In this document: positions 50,121 through 62,059 of the stretch, piece after piece
Numbering within the stretch: position 1 is the stretch's first letter
How the letters are laid out: every line of letters starts with the position of its first letter
Source of the DNA: Chlorokybus atmophyticus
Taxonomy: Eukaryota; Plantae; Mesostigma and Chlorokybus algae
Reading direction: 5' to 3'
Assembly: GCA_009103225.1 (NCBI GenBank)
Contig: RHPI01000797.1
Coordinates: 371,064-435,063 of the forward strand
Length of the DNA: 64,000 nt
Position numbers and translations under genes: made by a program
The notes under the pieces: model-generated
What the model saw: only the letters and a program-made list of their open reading frames with translations
Told to the model about the DNA's origin: nothing
Database searches by the model: none

Positions 50121-51246
50121 TCTGCGTGCACATGTGTGTGGCTTGTACTACACAGCTAGTGGCACTGTGCGCATGCCTATGTACATGCAAGCAGAAGTGC
50201 TTGATTGGTAACTGTGCTTTCGTGTGCATTGCTGCAGCAGCACGCGAGCCACACCTGCTACCTGCGCGGCAGCCGAACAACAGTCATCCACCAAGGTGCG
50301 CATACCAGCAACAACACAACGCTTGTGAGACAGGTATGCGTATCCGCACTAACAACCATATGTGCGCCACAGCAGTCATTCTACAATCGTGATGTGGAGT
50401 TGAGCTTCTTTGAACAAGCGTTCGCGACGCAACCGAGCGAGGTCTGGCTTATGACCGGTCCGCGCAACTCTGGTAAGCATGATGCCAAGCAGCAATTTCA
50501 GAACAAGACAAACAGCATTGGACCAAAGCCCTCATCTACGGACACAACTCTTAACTGACCGACCACATGTCTGGCATGTGCAGGTAAAACAGCGCTACTG
50601 TACGAGCTGCAGCGAAGGCATATGCAGAATGATGCCGGTCGGCCCGCTTCACCGTTCATCTTGCTGAACTTCCGCGCGAGCGATTACACGACTCCAACTG
50701 CTTTTGCTGAGGGTTTAACGAGCCATCAAAACACTCTCTCTACTCTTTTTTCAGACTACCCTACCACATCTAGTGATGAATCATCAAAGGGGTCCTCGCC
50801 GTCTCTGCAGAGCACGCTTGATGAGATTGCACACTTCCTTCGCGAGTTCAACCGGAAACACGGAGGCGCTGCGCCAGCTGTCATCGCATTGGATGAGGCC
50901 AACATGCTGCAGTACTGGAAAGAGGGCAAGTCGGATGCGTTCTCGCTCCGTCAACTCCTCTCGTGGTTAACTTACGTGTCGAAAGAAGCCAACCTCGCAC
51001 ACGTGGTCTTGGCGGCTTCAGACTACCTCATGTTGCAGCGCTTTGTTGACAGTGAGTGTGTGCATCAGATGGGTGTGGTTGTGGTGTTTGTGGTGGTTGC
51101 TTCAAATTGACATGTTGGTGGCCTTCATCGTCATGCAGCGACAACAACGGGCCGGCTCGTAGTAGTTGGCGACATGACAAATAGCCATGCACGCAACTAT
51201 TTCTTCCAACACTTGCTTCCGCAGCCTGCCAACGGCACAACCGTGA
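50121..51246 (+). repeat. 1,126-bp apparently identical copy of 56005-57130 (internal exons of the ATPase gene only)
   Basis: The ORF track is identical at a constant offset of 5,884 bp. The copy starts right after (CA)n plus a single N and ends where a (TA)-rich repeat begins. Confidence 0.95.
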
Positions 51247-51440
51247 ATATATATATATATCCATATATCCATATATGTATATATGTGTATATATGAAATG
51301 TGTACATATACAAACAAATGTAGATGTACATTGTACATAGAAGTATATATACATGTGTAATATATATATATAATACACATATATATGTATTTTTATATAT
51401 ATATTGATATATGTGTATGTATGTGTACATTATATATAAC
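51247..51440. repeat. (TA)n/(TG)n low-complexity tract
   Basis: atatatatatatccatatatccatatatgtatatatgtgtatatatg.... Confidence 0.9.
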
Positions 51441-52773
51441 GTGCTATTAGGCACACGCATGCAATGCATCACAACCACTCAAGCATTACATGCAAACTAG
51501 TATACATTTCACCGTTGTCACCACCGGGCTAATCTACTGCGTTGAACTACTAGCTACTAGTCTTCCCCGTTAGACATGCATGTACATGCACACGTTTATC
51601 ATTACCTGCCCACATGGGTTGTTGTTAGTCGCTGGTGTCAACGGGTTGCATGGTAATTACAATGACGACGACTCCCTGCCTCTTGCTCTCCCTTCTCCCC
51701 GCCACTCTCTGCATCTCGCCGCTAATGCTGCGGCCCTGTGTGTGTTATATGTATACAAAGACACACGTATACATATGTTTATGTTTACTCATATGTACAT
51801 GTGTGGTCATATGCGGATGTAAATGTATAATAAAGTATACACATATATGCAGACTTTACATCATATGCATATCCGTAATGTACATGTGCTTATGTAGATG
51901 CGTATATGTGTATGTATACATGAGTATTTACGTGTTTGCACATGCATGTTCGTGCACAAAGTTTTGTATTTTTCACATGTGTATATACAAATGTACAGGA
52001 TATGCGCGAGACAATTGGCGACATGCATGACGTCACAACAGCATAGCATACCAACCCCACCACCCAACCCCACCAGCACCACCTAACTGCCAGCGCTACA
52101 CAGTGCAGTGCCTTAGTGCCACAGTGCAACACTGCATGCCAGCCTGCAGAACGAGAGGCGGGGCAGAGGGGCGGGGCAGAGGGGCCTTGCCAGATCAGCG
52201 GCGACAAGGGTTTGCAGTCGAGGCGACGGCACAATGACAGCAGGAGGAGGAGGGGGAGGCGGAGGAGAGAGAACAGGCGGAGCGGGGGACGAAGAAGTAG
52301 GGAAGCAGGGGAAGGACAGACGGAGAGGGAGAGAGGGAGAGAGACTGTGGGAGAGGGGGAGAGAGGGAGGGAGTTGTGTGTATACAACAATACACATATA
52401 ACCAACGCATTGGAACTTCAATACCCTCTTTGTTATCACAAAAGGAGCACTTATGGAGGGGGGCTTACATCGAGTGTGATAGTGCTTATATAGAGGAGTC
52501 ATTTGCCTGGTGCACGTTGGTTCCCGGAAAACATGTGCTTAGATCGAGTGCAATTACAAGGAGGTTGGACTGTATAAGGGGCAAGCGTGAAGAGAACACC
52601 AGCCGCCTACATGCGCTAAGACATTGCATTCCAATCTCCATGAACCAATCTCCATGAAGAGCATGCATACAGCACAGTCAACACTGTAGACGGCTGTGAA
52701 ACCAACACCCAAATCAACATCAATATCACACATATCTCAGACCATGACAAGAATGGTGGCACTCTCTAACTGT

Positions 52774-55036
52774 CTATGACTGTATCCGTTTCATCCGGCC
52801 TCGCAGCAGCGGATGGCTGTAGTTGCCAATCATTTCTCCATCTGCAGTGAAGCCGCTAGCATCGCCCTTGCCCTGCACAGCTGATCATTCATTGACACAT
52901 ACACATGACATCCGACAATGCTGCCCTGTGCCTTGAATGCAGCATAACAAGCAAGACAGCTGCATGCACAACGACATACTGTCATCTCTCGGATAATGGA
53001 TTGCATCTCAAGGCGTTTCAGAAAGAACTGCTCCGCCCCTTTGGCTAACCTTCCTGAAGGATCTGCAACCGACAGTGAGTGGTTACTCCAGCTAGATGCT
53101 GGCATGCATATGTATGTGTGTACATATGCATGTGTAATCACATGCTTTTCTATATGTATGAGTGCATGCATGCATGCATGTATGTGTGCAGGTATGCGTA
53201 TCTATATGTTCATAATAACATGTGGGCGTTGGGTGTGCGTGTTGATGTACCTGAGTCAACAGCAACACGATCTGCACGAAACTCTTTCAACCTGTTGGTA
53301 ACTACCATTAAGCTGTACGTTCCAGCTCCTGCCGCTGCCAGCATACCAACCTGTAATGCAGTCCCATGATCAGACCACTCATGCACTTGTACAATCAGGC
53401 ACAAGCACATGTGCACGCATGCATGCATGCAAGCGCGCAAACATGCATAAACAAGTATGCATGTGCGTGGTAAAGCAATGAAGGTGAAATTCAACCTGAA
53501 CTGGAATGCGAAATGCTGGCGGCAGCCGTTGCACGGCTGTCTGCAACCCGCCTTCCCACGCCAGCCAGCAGAAGAGAATGCAGGCTGGCAGCAACGCCGC
53601 CCGGAAGAGCGGGTCGTTCTTCTGGATGTGAACCAGCTCATGCGCGATGCTGAACGCCAGTTGCTGCACAAGCGTCGTCGTTGCAGTGGAGTTTGAAGGT
53701 GGTGTTCGTGAGTGTGTGCAGTATCATGTACATACGCCACTGTACATGCACATGTATACGTGTAGGTGCTACTATTGAAGCGCGTACATGCCTCGTCCGA
53801 AGGGACCAAACTTCTCAGTAGCCTTCTCCCCAGCTCCGTGTCCCAAACAACTTGCCTTCCACCAAGCACAAGCTCTTCCTGTTGGCGACAAGGCAACAGT
53901 CAACTCAATCAGCCTGACACATGTGCAAAAAATACACAACCCATGCGTTGCTTGGCCACCTGTGCAAGAAGGTAGTTTTGTAGCGCGAGAGCCGTGCGCG
54001 GTACCCCAATGACTGCGCCGGTGGAAAATGTCGAGCCAGCACTCATAGCTGAGAAGGTCAACAATGGTTAAAAGGAGCAAACAAGTGAGCGAATAGATGA
54101 ACTGCACACAAGAGTACATGTGAACATGTAGATGTGTGTACACACGTGTGTGCACACAAGTATGAACGCGAACAAGCGCGCATGCATGTGCACATGTGCA
54201 CAACCGCTTATACGCGTCAGCAAGTTCCAATGTGACGCTCACCGCTCAATCCGGTGGAGATAAAAACCTTGATCTCATCAGCGTTTGGTATTCCCTGCAG
54301 GGACATGTGCATTGAAGAACGATGTTGCATTGAAACTGTTCCAGCAATTACATGATGCCCAAGTTTACTCAATTTGACACACGCATAACACATAACACAC
54401 CATTTCTTTTGCCATGGTCTTGACTCTGGCTTCCAGCGGCTTAGGGACATTGTGAGTGGGACTCCTGTCAGTGAACACAGCATTGGACACATACACTCAA
54501 CAACAGCTGCACTGCCCTCATACATCTTGACTACAGAGCGATGTGGTGGCCATGAGCTTGGTAGACAGGCAGCCAACAGCACAGCACGAGAAAACAAGCA
54601 GCTGTCCCGGAAGAAGTAGCGTGATTGACGGACTAAGTGAATTGTTTGTGATCTCAACCTCTTGTAGCAGACAAGCCAGTTGAGACCATCAGAATAGGCT
54701 AGACCGGAGTAGGCTGGAGTAAACTATGCTGCTTGTGAGCAAGCACAAAGGAGAGCACATGACAGAATGGACAGGAGAAGCAGACGAACCATAGCAACCA
54801 TAACCAAGCGCATGACAGCATAGCACGGAACAGCATAGCACAGCTGGCATGGTCAGGACAGCAGAGCACAGAATTGCGCATGGCAATGCATGGCATAGCA
54901 CAGCATGCCCGAGCATGGCATGCTTGGCGCTCTCTCACCGCTGGGAGGCGGTGGAGCTCTCCGGGAAGAGCTGCCTGCTGACGCCGAGCGCCCCGGACAC
55001 CGCTGCTGCCGCCAACGCCGCCCGCCGCACTGCCAT
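52774..55036 (-). CDS. TMEM177: TMEM177-like mitochondrial membrane protein with intact HExxH zinc motif (peptidase M48-like), 9 exons
   Basis: Exon lengths chain in phase (98, 64, 52, 89, 87, 162 nt ...): MAVRRAALAAAAVSGALGVSRQLFPE ... MAKEMGIPNADEIKVF ... GAVIGVPR ... LVLGGRQVVWDTELGRRLLRSLVPSDEQLAFSIAHELVHIQKNDPLFRAALLPAC ... LKEFRADRVA ... GAEQFFLKRLEMQSIIREMTGKGDASGFTADGE..YSHP..R. Collinear with human TMEM177 as recalled. Confidence 0.8.
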
Positions 55037-55574
55037 CCGCACACCGCAACGCTGAGCCTCAACTGTGCCCCTCAAGCGGCGGCGGCGGCGAGGGGGAGGG
55101 TGGCGGCGGCAGCGGAGGTGGCTGGAGACCTTTGCAGGTGCGTTGGTTGTAAGCTCTTCCATGTGCGTGTGGAAGTGTGATTGCGTACTGGTGTATGGTT
55201 ACGGGCGGAGGTGCCAGTTGTTTGCCTTCGAGACTTCGCTTGTTTGTGAAGCATTGCACTGTAGTAGCATTGCTTTTGTTCGGCATTGCATGGATTGGAG
55301 AAGCTGTGCCGCTTGTTGATTGTCAAGAACAGCAATCAATCCTTGAATACGAATGCATTGATGTGCAAGAAAAGGCAATCTAGTGATTTTCGCATTGCTG
55401 TGTGAGACCGCAGCTTGCAACAGTGGCAAGCCGCTTCTGTTTGCTGCTGATCGCTTTTTCAAGCAGCAACCAGCAACGAAAGCTGGGCTGTACTCGTGAT
55501 TGCAATAATCCTTTCAGGTGTATGCTGTTGTTGGAAGGCGTTTAGCTCGCCTCAGACAAGCAAGTAATACTGCC

Positions 55575-58253
55575 ATGGCCCTTTCGGTCCTGCAAGCATG
55601 CAACGTGCTGAGGGCTTCTTCTGTTGAGTTGTCGCAAGCTAGCAAGCAGCAGCACAAGAGAGTGAGTTGTAGCAGGTCTCAACAGACATCATTGCGGCCA
55701 CCGCTGGGCGCTCCTTCTGCTGCTCGAGCGCGAATGCTACATGCAAGCAGCTTCCGCACGAAAAGGTGTGTAGAGCACTGTGGTTGTGTGATGATGGCCT
55801 ATAGCTGCATTACAATAATTGCGTGAAAGTAAGTATACACGCTCTTAATTGGGAAACAGTACTGTTTTGAGGCGGTTCTATAAGCGTCACTGTCCATATG
55901 TCATTCTTCGGGTGCATGCACGTGCACACGCGCGCTGTCTGGGTGTGCATGCGTGTACGCCCGTGCACGCACAGACAGGGCATGTCCATGCATGCATAGA
56001 CTCGTCTGCGTGCACATGTGTGTGGCTTGTACTACACAGCTAGTGGCACTGTGCGCATGCCTATGTACATGCAAGCAGAAGTGCTTGATTGGTAACTGTG
56101 CTTTCGTGTGCATTGCTGCAGCAGCACGCGAGCCACACCTGCTACCTGCGCGGCAGCCGAACAACAGTCATCCACCAAGGTGCGCATACCAGCAACAACA
56201 CAACGCTTGTGAGACAGGTATGCGTATCCGCACTAACAACCATATGTGCGCCACAGCAGTCATTCTACAATCGTGATGTGGAGTTGAGCTTCTTTGAACA
56301 AGCGTTCGCGACGCAACCGAGCGAGGTCTGGCTTATGACCGGTCCGCGCAACTCTGGTAAGCATGATGCCAAGCAGCAATTTCAGAACAAGACAAACAGC
56401 ATTGGACCAAAGCCCTCATCTACGGACACAACTCTTAACTGACCGACCACATGTCTGGCATGTGCAGGTAAAACAGCGCTACTGTACGAGCTGCAGCGAA
56501 GGCATATGCAGAATGATGCCGGTCGGCCCGCTTCACCGTTCATCTTGCTGAACTTCCGCGCGAGCGATTACACGACTCCAACTGCTTTTGCTGAGGGTTT
56601 AACGAGCCATCAAAACACTCTCTCTACTCTTTTTTCAGACTACCCTACCACATCTAGTGATGAATCATCAAAGGGGTCCTCGCCGTCTCTGCAGAGCACG
56701 CTTGATGAGATTGCACACTTCCTTCGCGAGTTCAACCGGAAACACGGAGGCGCTGCGCCAGCTGTCATCGCATTGGATGAGGCCAACATGCTGCAGTACT
56801 GGAAAGAGGGCAAGTCGGATGCGTTCTCGCTCCGTCAACTCCTCTCGTGGTTAACTTACGTGTCGAAAGAAGCCAACCTCGCACACGTGGTCTTGGCGGC
56901 TTCAGACTACCTCATGTTGCAGCGCTTTGTTGACAGTGAGTGTGTGCATCAGATGGGTGTGGTTGTGGTGTTTGTGGTGGTTGCTTCAAATTGACATGTT
57001 GGTGGCCTTCATCGTCATGCAGCGACAACAACGGGCCGGCTCGTAGTAGTTGGCGACATGACAAATAGCCATGCACGCAACTATTTCTTCCAACACTTGC
57101 TTCCGCAGCCTGCCAACGGCACAACCGTGATCAGGGTAATGTTTCTGTATCAAAGTGTTATCAGCCTCCTGCGGTCAAGTCATGCACCTGTGTCAAACAA
57201 GCTCAACTTCAAACATATCATGTTAACCATTAGGGGGACGAGTAAGTGCGCCAGTTGTGGTTGCATCCCAACACTACATGCTCTCCATGCCATGCCATTG
57301 AAGCTCTTGCCTAACTGACCATGGCAGGAGGAAGACTGGGACCGCATATACGCAGTTACGGGCGGCAATTGCACCGCCCTGCAACAACTGCTGGCATTGC
57401 TGCCCCTTGGAAGCCTGGACGTTGGTAAGCTCAAGAGAACTTGCAAGCACAAGTACAGCGCTGATTTTCAACATCATTGCCAGTATGCCACCACCACCAC
57501 AACCGCCACAGCCACAACATTCACAACATGCTTGCACGTTGCACAGCTTTGGAGAAGATGGTGCGGGCGGCCGGTTCGGCGGTGCGGGCCGGCTTGCTGC
57601 CGGAAGCAGTGCCGCAGCGCGGGAGCGGCGCTCCGGCGTGGACTACGGAGGACTACGAGCTCGTGCTGCGCAAGCTCCTCGACGCGCCGGGCCACGCCGT
57701 TGGCCGCGTGCAGCTCGAGCGCGCCCTTGGACGCACCCGCCCCGCAGCTCTCATCTCCATGATTGAGTACAATACCGTAAGCATTGGGTTCATTCATATC
57801 TTGAAGTCTCCTTGATACAAAGTCACAATCAGCATGCCAAACAGTCTTGCAGCCTGTGTGTTGCTGTTGTTTGCAGGACAGATTGTTCTTTAGCTTGTAT
57901 GCTTATGTTGTTCCCCCTCACTGGTATGAGTACGATGGTACCTTGCAGGCATATCACGATGTTAACTGTGGACTTTGTTTGTTGACAGGTGAGTTTGAGG
58001 CCTTGGTGCCCCCTAGCTCAGGACATCATCTGGCCAGACGATGCGGATGAGGCCGTGACACCCATCACTCCCTCATGCTTGGAGTATATCAAGCGCATGG
58101 ATCTGCGCGGATCGCTGTCAAAGGTTCCCGGCGGTATGAACAGTAAGCGACTGTGGGTGGCAGTGCCTGTCCCAACCCATTTTGGCAAGCTTAGTAAGGT
58201 TGTTTCCATTCCATCAACTTATGTGCTCGGCAGGTGAATTCCTATTCATGTGA
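55575..58253 (+). CDS. P-loop ATPase (archaeal-ATPase/AAA-like domain with winged-helix-type C-terminus), putative organellar targeting peptide
   Basis: FYNRDVEL, Walker A GPRNSG|KT, Walker B VIALDEAN, VSKEANLAHVVLAASD, VVGDMTNSHARNYF, DWDRIYAVTGGN, ALISMIEYNT|VSLRP. The first exon is Ser/Arg/Ala-rich. The 3' end (GEFLFM* at 58253) is tentative. Confidence 0.8.
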
Positions 58254-60230
58254 GGACGGCGATGCGTATTTGAGCAATGTGCGCAGTGATGGCTGACATC
58301 CCAAGTGCTCGCAAAGGTTTCCAAGGGTTTCTTGGCGTGCAAAGCGTTGTTATATGCGCACACATTGTGCGCATATACAGGTCGCCACGTATGCGGGGCA
58401 GTGCACTTGGAAGAAAAAACTTTCAGCGCACTGTTGATGTGTGGCTTGGGCCCATTGTTGGGGAGACGTTTCTTGGCGTCTCGTGACAGCAGCATTGAGT
58501 TACCCTGTTGTCTGCAAGTAATAAGTGAGTTTCAGCGTGATCAGTGCAAGGATTCAATAAAGACAAGAATGTGCGCAAGGGCACCAAGACACGTGTTTGC
58601 TGATGCAAACTTGCGCTGCTTTGCAATGTGCATGTAGATCCTGTGGCATGTATTGATTTGTCTGCTTGTTGCCCATCTGTAAGTTGTATTCCATTGGCAA
58701 GTGCTTTTATTGCGGTACAAAAGTTGCAGTGCCAACAACTCGGACCAAACCATTAATACGTGTATGCAAATGTAACAACATGGCATTGCGTAGTCCTACA
58801 TTGCGTGTTTGAAGCTCGTAGCAAAGACTACTTAAAATCACAACGACATAGTAAGTCGCATATATGTGCATACAAAGCAGTGCGGTGTTTGTACGCATGC
58901 GCATGTGCCATGTGTTGTACATGCCCACACGTGCCCCGATGAGCAAAACTACATCAATGCATGTGTATAAACGCAAGATAATTGCAGACTTGCCTGCACA
59001 TGCAAATATGCATTTTGGTTACTTGTAAGCATGTACCTGCCCACCTTACGCTCGATATGCGCGCCATATCAAAGGTTGATTCTTGCATAGAATGTGATAA
59101 CGTGGCATTATCATAACCCAATTGTTAATGATAAGACAACGTTATCACTCACAAGAACGTAACCTTATCATGACGCGTGACATTGGTGATGGACAATGAG
59201 AGGTGGGCGAGGAAATGCTGATCGTTGATGACACGGTATAAGAAAGCTACTGAGGCAGACGCCGCGCTTGCTCAGCATGAGGGGGTGTACGTGTTGGGTT
59301 GTGTGTTGATTTTGTATTGTTGAGCAGATAAGTATAATGGCCGCATTGACAGCGGACGCCTGCATGTTAATGATAATAGAGGACTGTATAAAAGAGGGGC
59401 CCAGAACCATATGGCACATAGGCTGACCATTGTGGCAGATGCAAAGCACGAAGTAATTATAACAGAGGTGTCAACTTCAATGCGCTTTACTATTCTCGAT
59501 GTACTAACAATCAATCACTATATTAACCATATGTTGTAATGTATGCATTACAATGATGCCTGTAGCGGTGCTTACACAAGCTATTGCGGATTGCAAGTGC
59601 ACCCTCATCAACTGGGAAATTTCTGTTGTAATGACACTCCCTACATAGCCATTGTGATTACGACATGTGATGCTCCTTACAACAAGGTTATAATATATGA
59701 AGAAAAAGGATAACCACTACATGCTGATAGCAACATTGCTAGTATTGTGTTAGTATTGTGTTTCTTGATTTGCGTGACATGGTGTGTATTTAGATGTTAA
59801 AAAGTATTATGTATATCAATCTCCAAGGTGGTAGGGTGTATAGGGTTGTCGGTTGGTTGTGTACGGTTGGGCATGGTGGCTAGGTATGGTGGCAACACTG
59901 ACAACAAATGCTTGTATGATAATAATAATAATAATAGAGATATGTACATACAATGCGCGAGGGGTATGTGCTAAATGCCCCCCCCTCCCCGCCGGGAGGT
60001 GAAGGAGGGTGCATGACAATGCATAATAGAATAAATGATCACAACCATTTTTGATGATTCAGTGAGTTGCATGACATCACCCATAACAACCGCCATGCCC
60101 GACACCCAACACCGTCGCAATTGCCGTAGCCCCCTGCGCACTCTCCCACTAAACGATATGCAGGGAAAGGGTGCAGCGCTACGTGTAAAACACCGCACTG
60201 CATCTGAGCACACGAGATGCAGCGTGGACC

Positions 60231-60413
60231 NNNNNNNNNNNNNNNNNNNNNNNNNNNNNNNNNNNNNNNNNNNNNNNNNNNNNNNNNNNNNNNNNNNNNN
60301 NNNNNNNNNNNNNNNNNNNNNNNNNNNNNNNNNNNNNNNNNNNNNNNNNNNNNNNNNNNNNNNNNNNNNNNNNNNNNNNNNNNNNNNNNNNNNNNNNNNN
60401 NNNNNNNNNNNNN
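60231..60413. other. Assembly gap (N run)
   Basis: N run followed by poly-C. Confidence 1.
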
Positions 60414-60599
60414 NCCCCCCCGGGCGCGTAGGAGGTGTAACGAGGGGGCAGATCTTATGATTGGGGATGACTGCCACATAAGCGGCCTTTTCACCGAGTT
60501 GAAGTGGCAAGTTCATGTCAGGGGTCAGCAGCCAGGGGCAACCATGTAGCATATTCTGTCATATATCTCTCAACTGCATCACAACCTAGGATAAAATGT

Positions 60600-61956
60600 T
60601 CAACTAGTGAAACCTGCTGCTGAGCCCTTGCCTGGTGATAGCACTCCAACTTTCTGCTTGTCAATGTACGCCTTCAGCTGCCTGAACCTGTAAGCACCAG
60701 GACACCATGAATTCATACCCAACAACTCAACGACAACTTCACATCTATTTCAACTTTGCAACCCTTGCTTACTTGGGCACGGCTGACAACTTGATCTGCT
60801 CTCCACCCTTGATGTTGAGGACCATATCGCCCCATTCGCCAATGAAGCGAGGGACGATGGTCACCTCAGTCACGGCCTGGTATGGGATGTCCTTGCGGTC
60901 CTGGCCGGTGAAGCCCGAGATGATGGTGATGCGGCGGTCGGTCAAGCGGTAGCGCACGAGCAGGGAGCGCGCGACAGCCGCAATCGTCAGCGGAAGCCAG
61001 AACACCGATAGCCCGAAAACAACGTTGACGATGAGGTCGCCGTAGTGCGGGCCGCCCTCAAAATACACCTCCTCACACTTGGTCAGCTGCACGCGAAATT
61101 AAAATGTCATTGCATGCGCCATGTGCCACGGCTGTTGACTCTGCACTGTTAGATGCTTAGGTCAGCTGCACGCCAAATTAAATGTCGCATGCGCTATGTG
61201 TGTTAACGCTGCACTGTTGGGTACTTTCACTTTCACATTGCCATGCACGACCTCAACAGACTTCGCAACATGTTCAGTAGTGAATGCTTTGCACCAGTTT
61301 AGGTAAAGTGAGATCTAGGTGAACTGACAGATGCCTGCAGCACTTCTTGACCATAAACATAGTGAGCGAGAGCTTGCAAGAACAGGATCCACGCCCATGC
61401 CTGCCAGCATCATAGCAGCGCGTGCCCGCTCAAGACGTAAACTCAATTCGCCTACTGATTGGCAAGCAGCTGCTGCTTCTTGCGCATTGCTCAACCAAGA
61501 CCTGCGTGTGAGCGAATGTGCCAAGACTGTGCAATGAATGCTCAACAGTTGGATGCAATAGTGTGCATCTAACAGCAGGTATGTAGGACATTGGGTAACT
61601 GAGGTGAGAGATCTAAAAGCTAACACAAGCATGCAATGCAATGCTGTGGAGGTGAAAGGCGAACGCATGGCCCCATATACCTGGCGGGTGGGAGCGGAGG
61701 GTGAGGCGGAGGCGGAGGCGTGGACGCGCCTGGCAACGGCGTTGCGGAAGAGGAGGGTGGGGTCAACGGCGACGGCATTGGCAATGGGGGCGACGTGCTG
61801 GGCCCTGGCGAGGCCCACCCAGCACCCGCGCAGGGCGGGCGTCGCCGCACCACGCTCCCGCCTTGACGCGGTACAGAGGTAAGGTTGCCGCACCGCCGAC
61901 GACGACACCACGCCCGTCGTGGGTGACACCACCGCCGCCGCCGCCGCCATTGCCAT
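60600..61956 (-). CDS. Plastid-targeted bacterial-PH-domain (bPH_2-like) membrane protein of cyanobacterial type
   Basis: Transit-peptide-like exon MAMAAAAAVVSP...SAPTRQ|, then LTKCEEVYFEGGPHYGDLIVNVVFGLSVFWLPLTIAAVARSLLVRYRLTDRRITIISGFTGQDRKDIPY...GEWGDMVL...LSAVPK|FRQLKAYI. Matches the conserved cyanobacterial EEVYYEGGPH.GDL family. Confidence 0.85.
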
Positions 61957-62059
61957 GGATAATGCTAATGCCACCGCTGCCGACGTCCACGTCGACGTCA
62001 TTGGGTTACGCAGCGTAACGAGCTCATAGGTTGCGACACCGTAATCTAGGGCTTCTCTC

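Noticed and set aside
59215-59455. Two exon-like blocks (TRYKKATEADAALAQHEG; DKYNGRIDSGRLHVND...)
   Set aside because: Their splice phases do not join and no family is recognisable.
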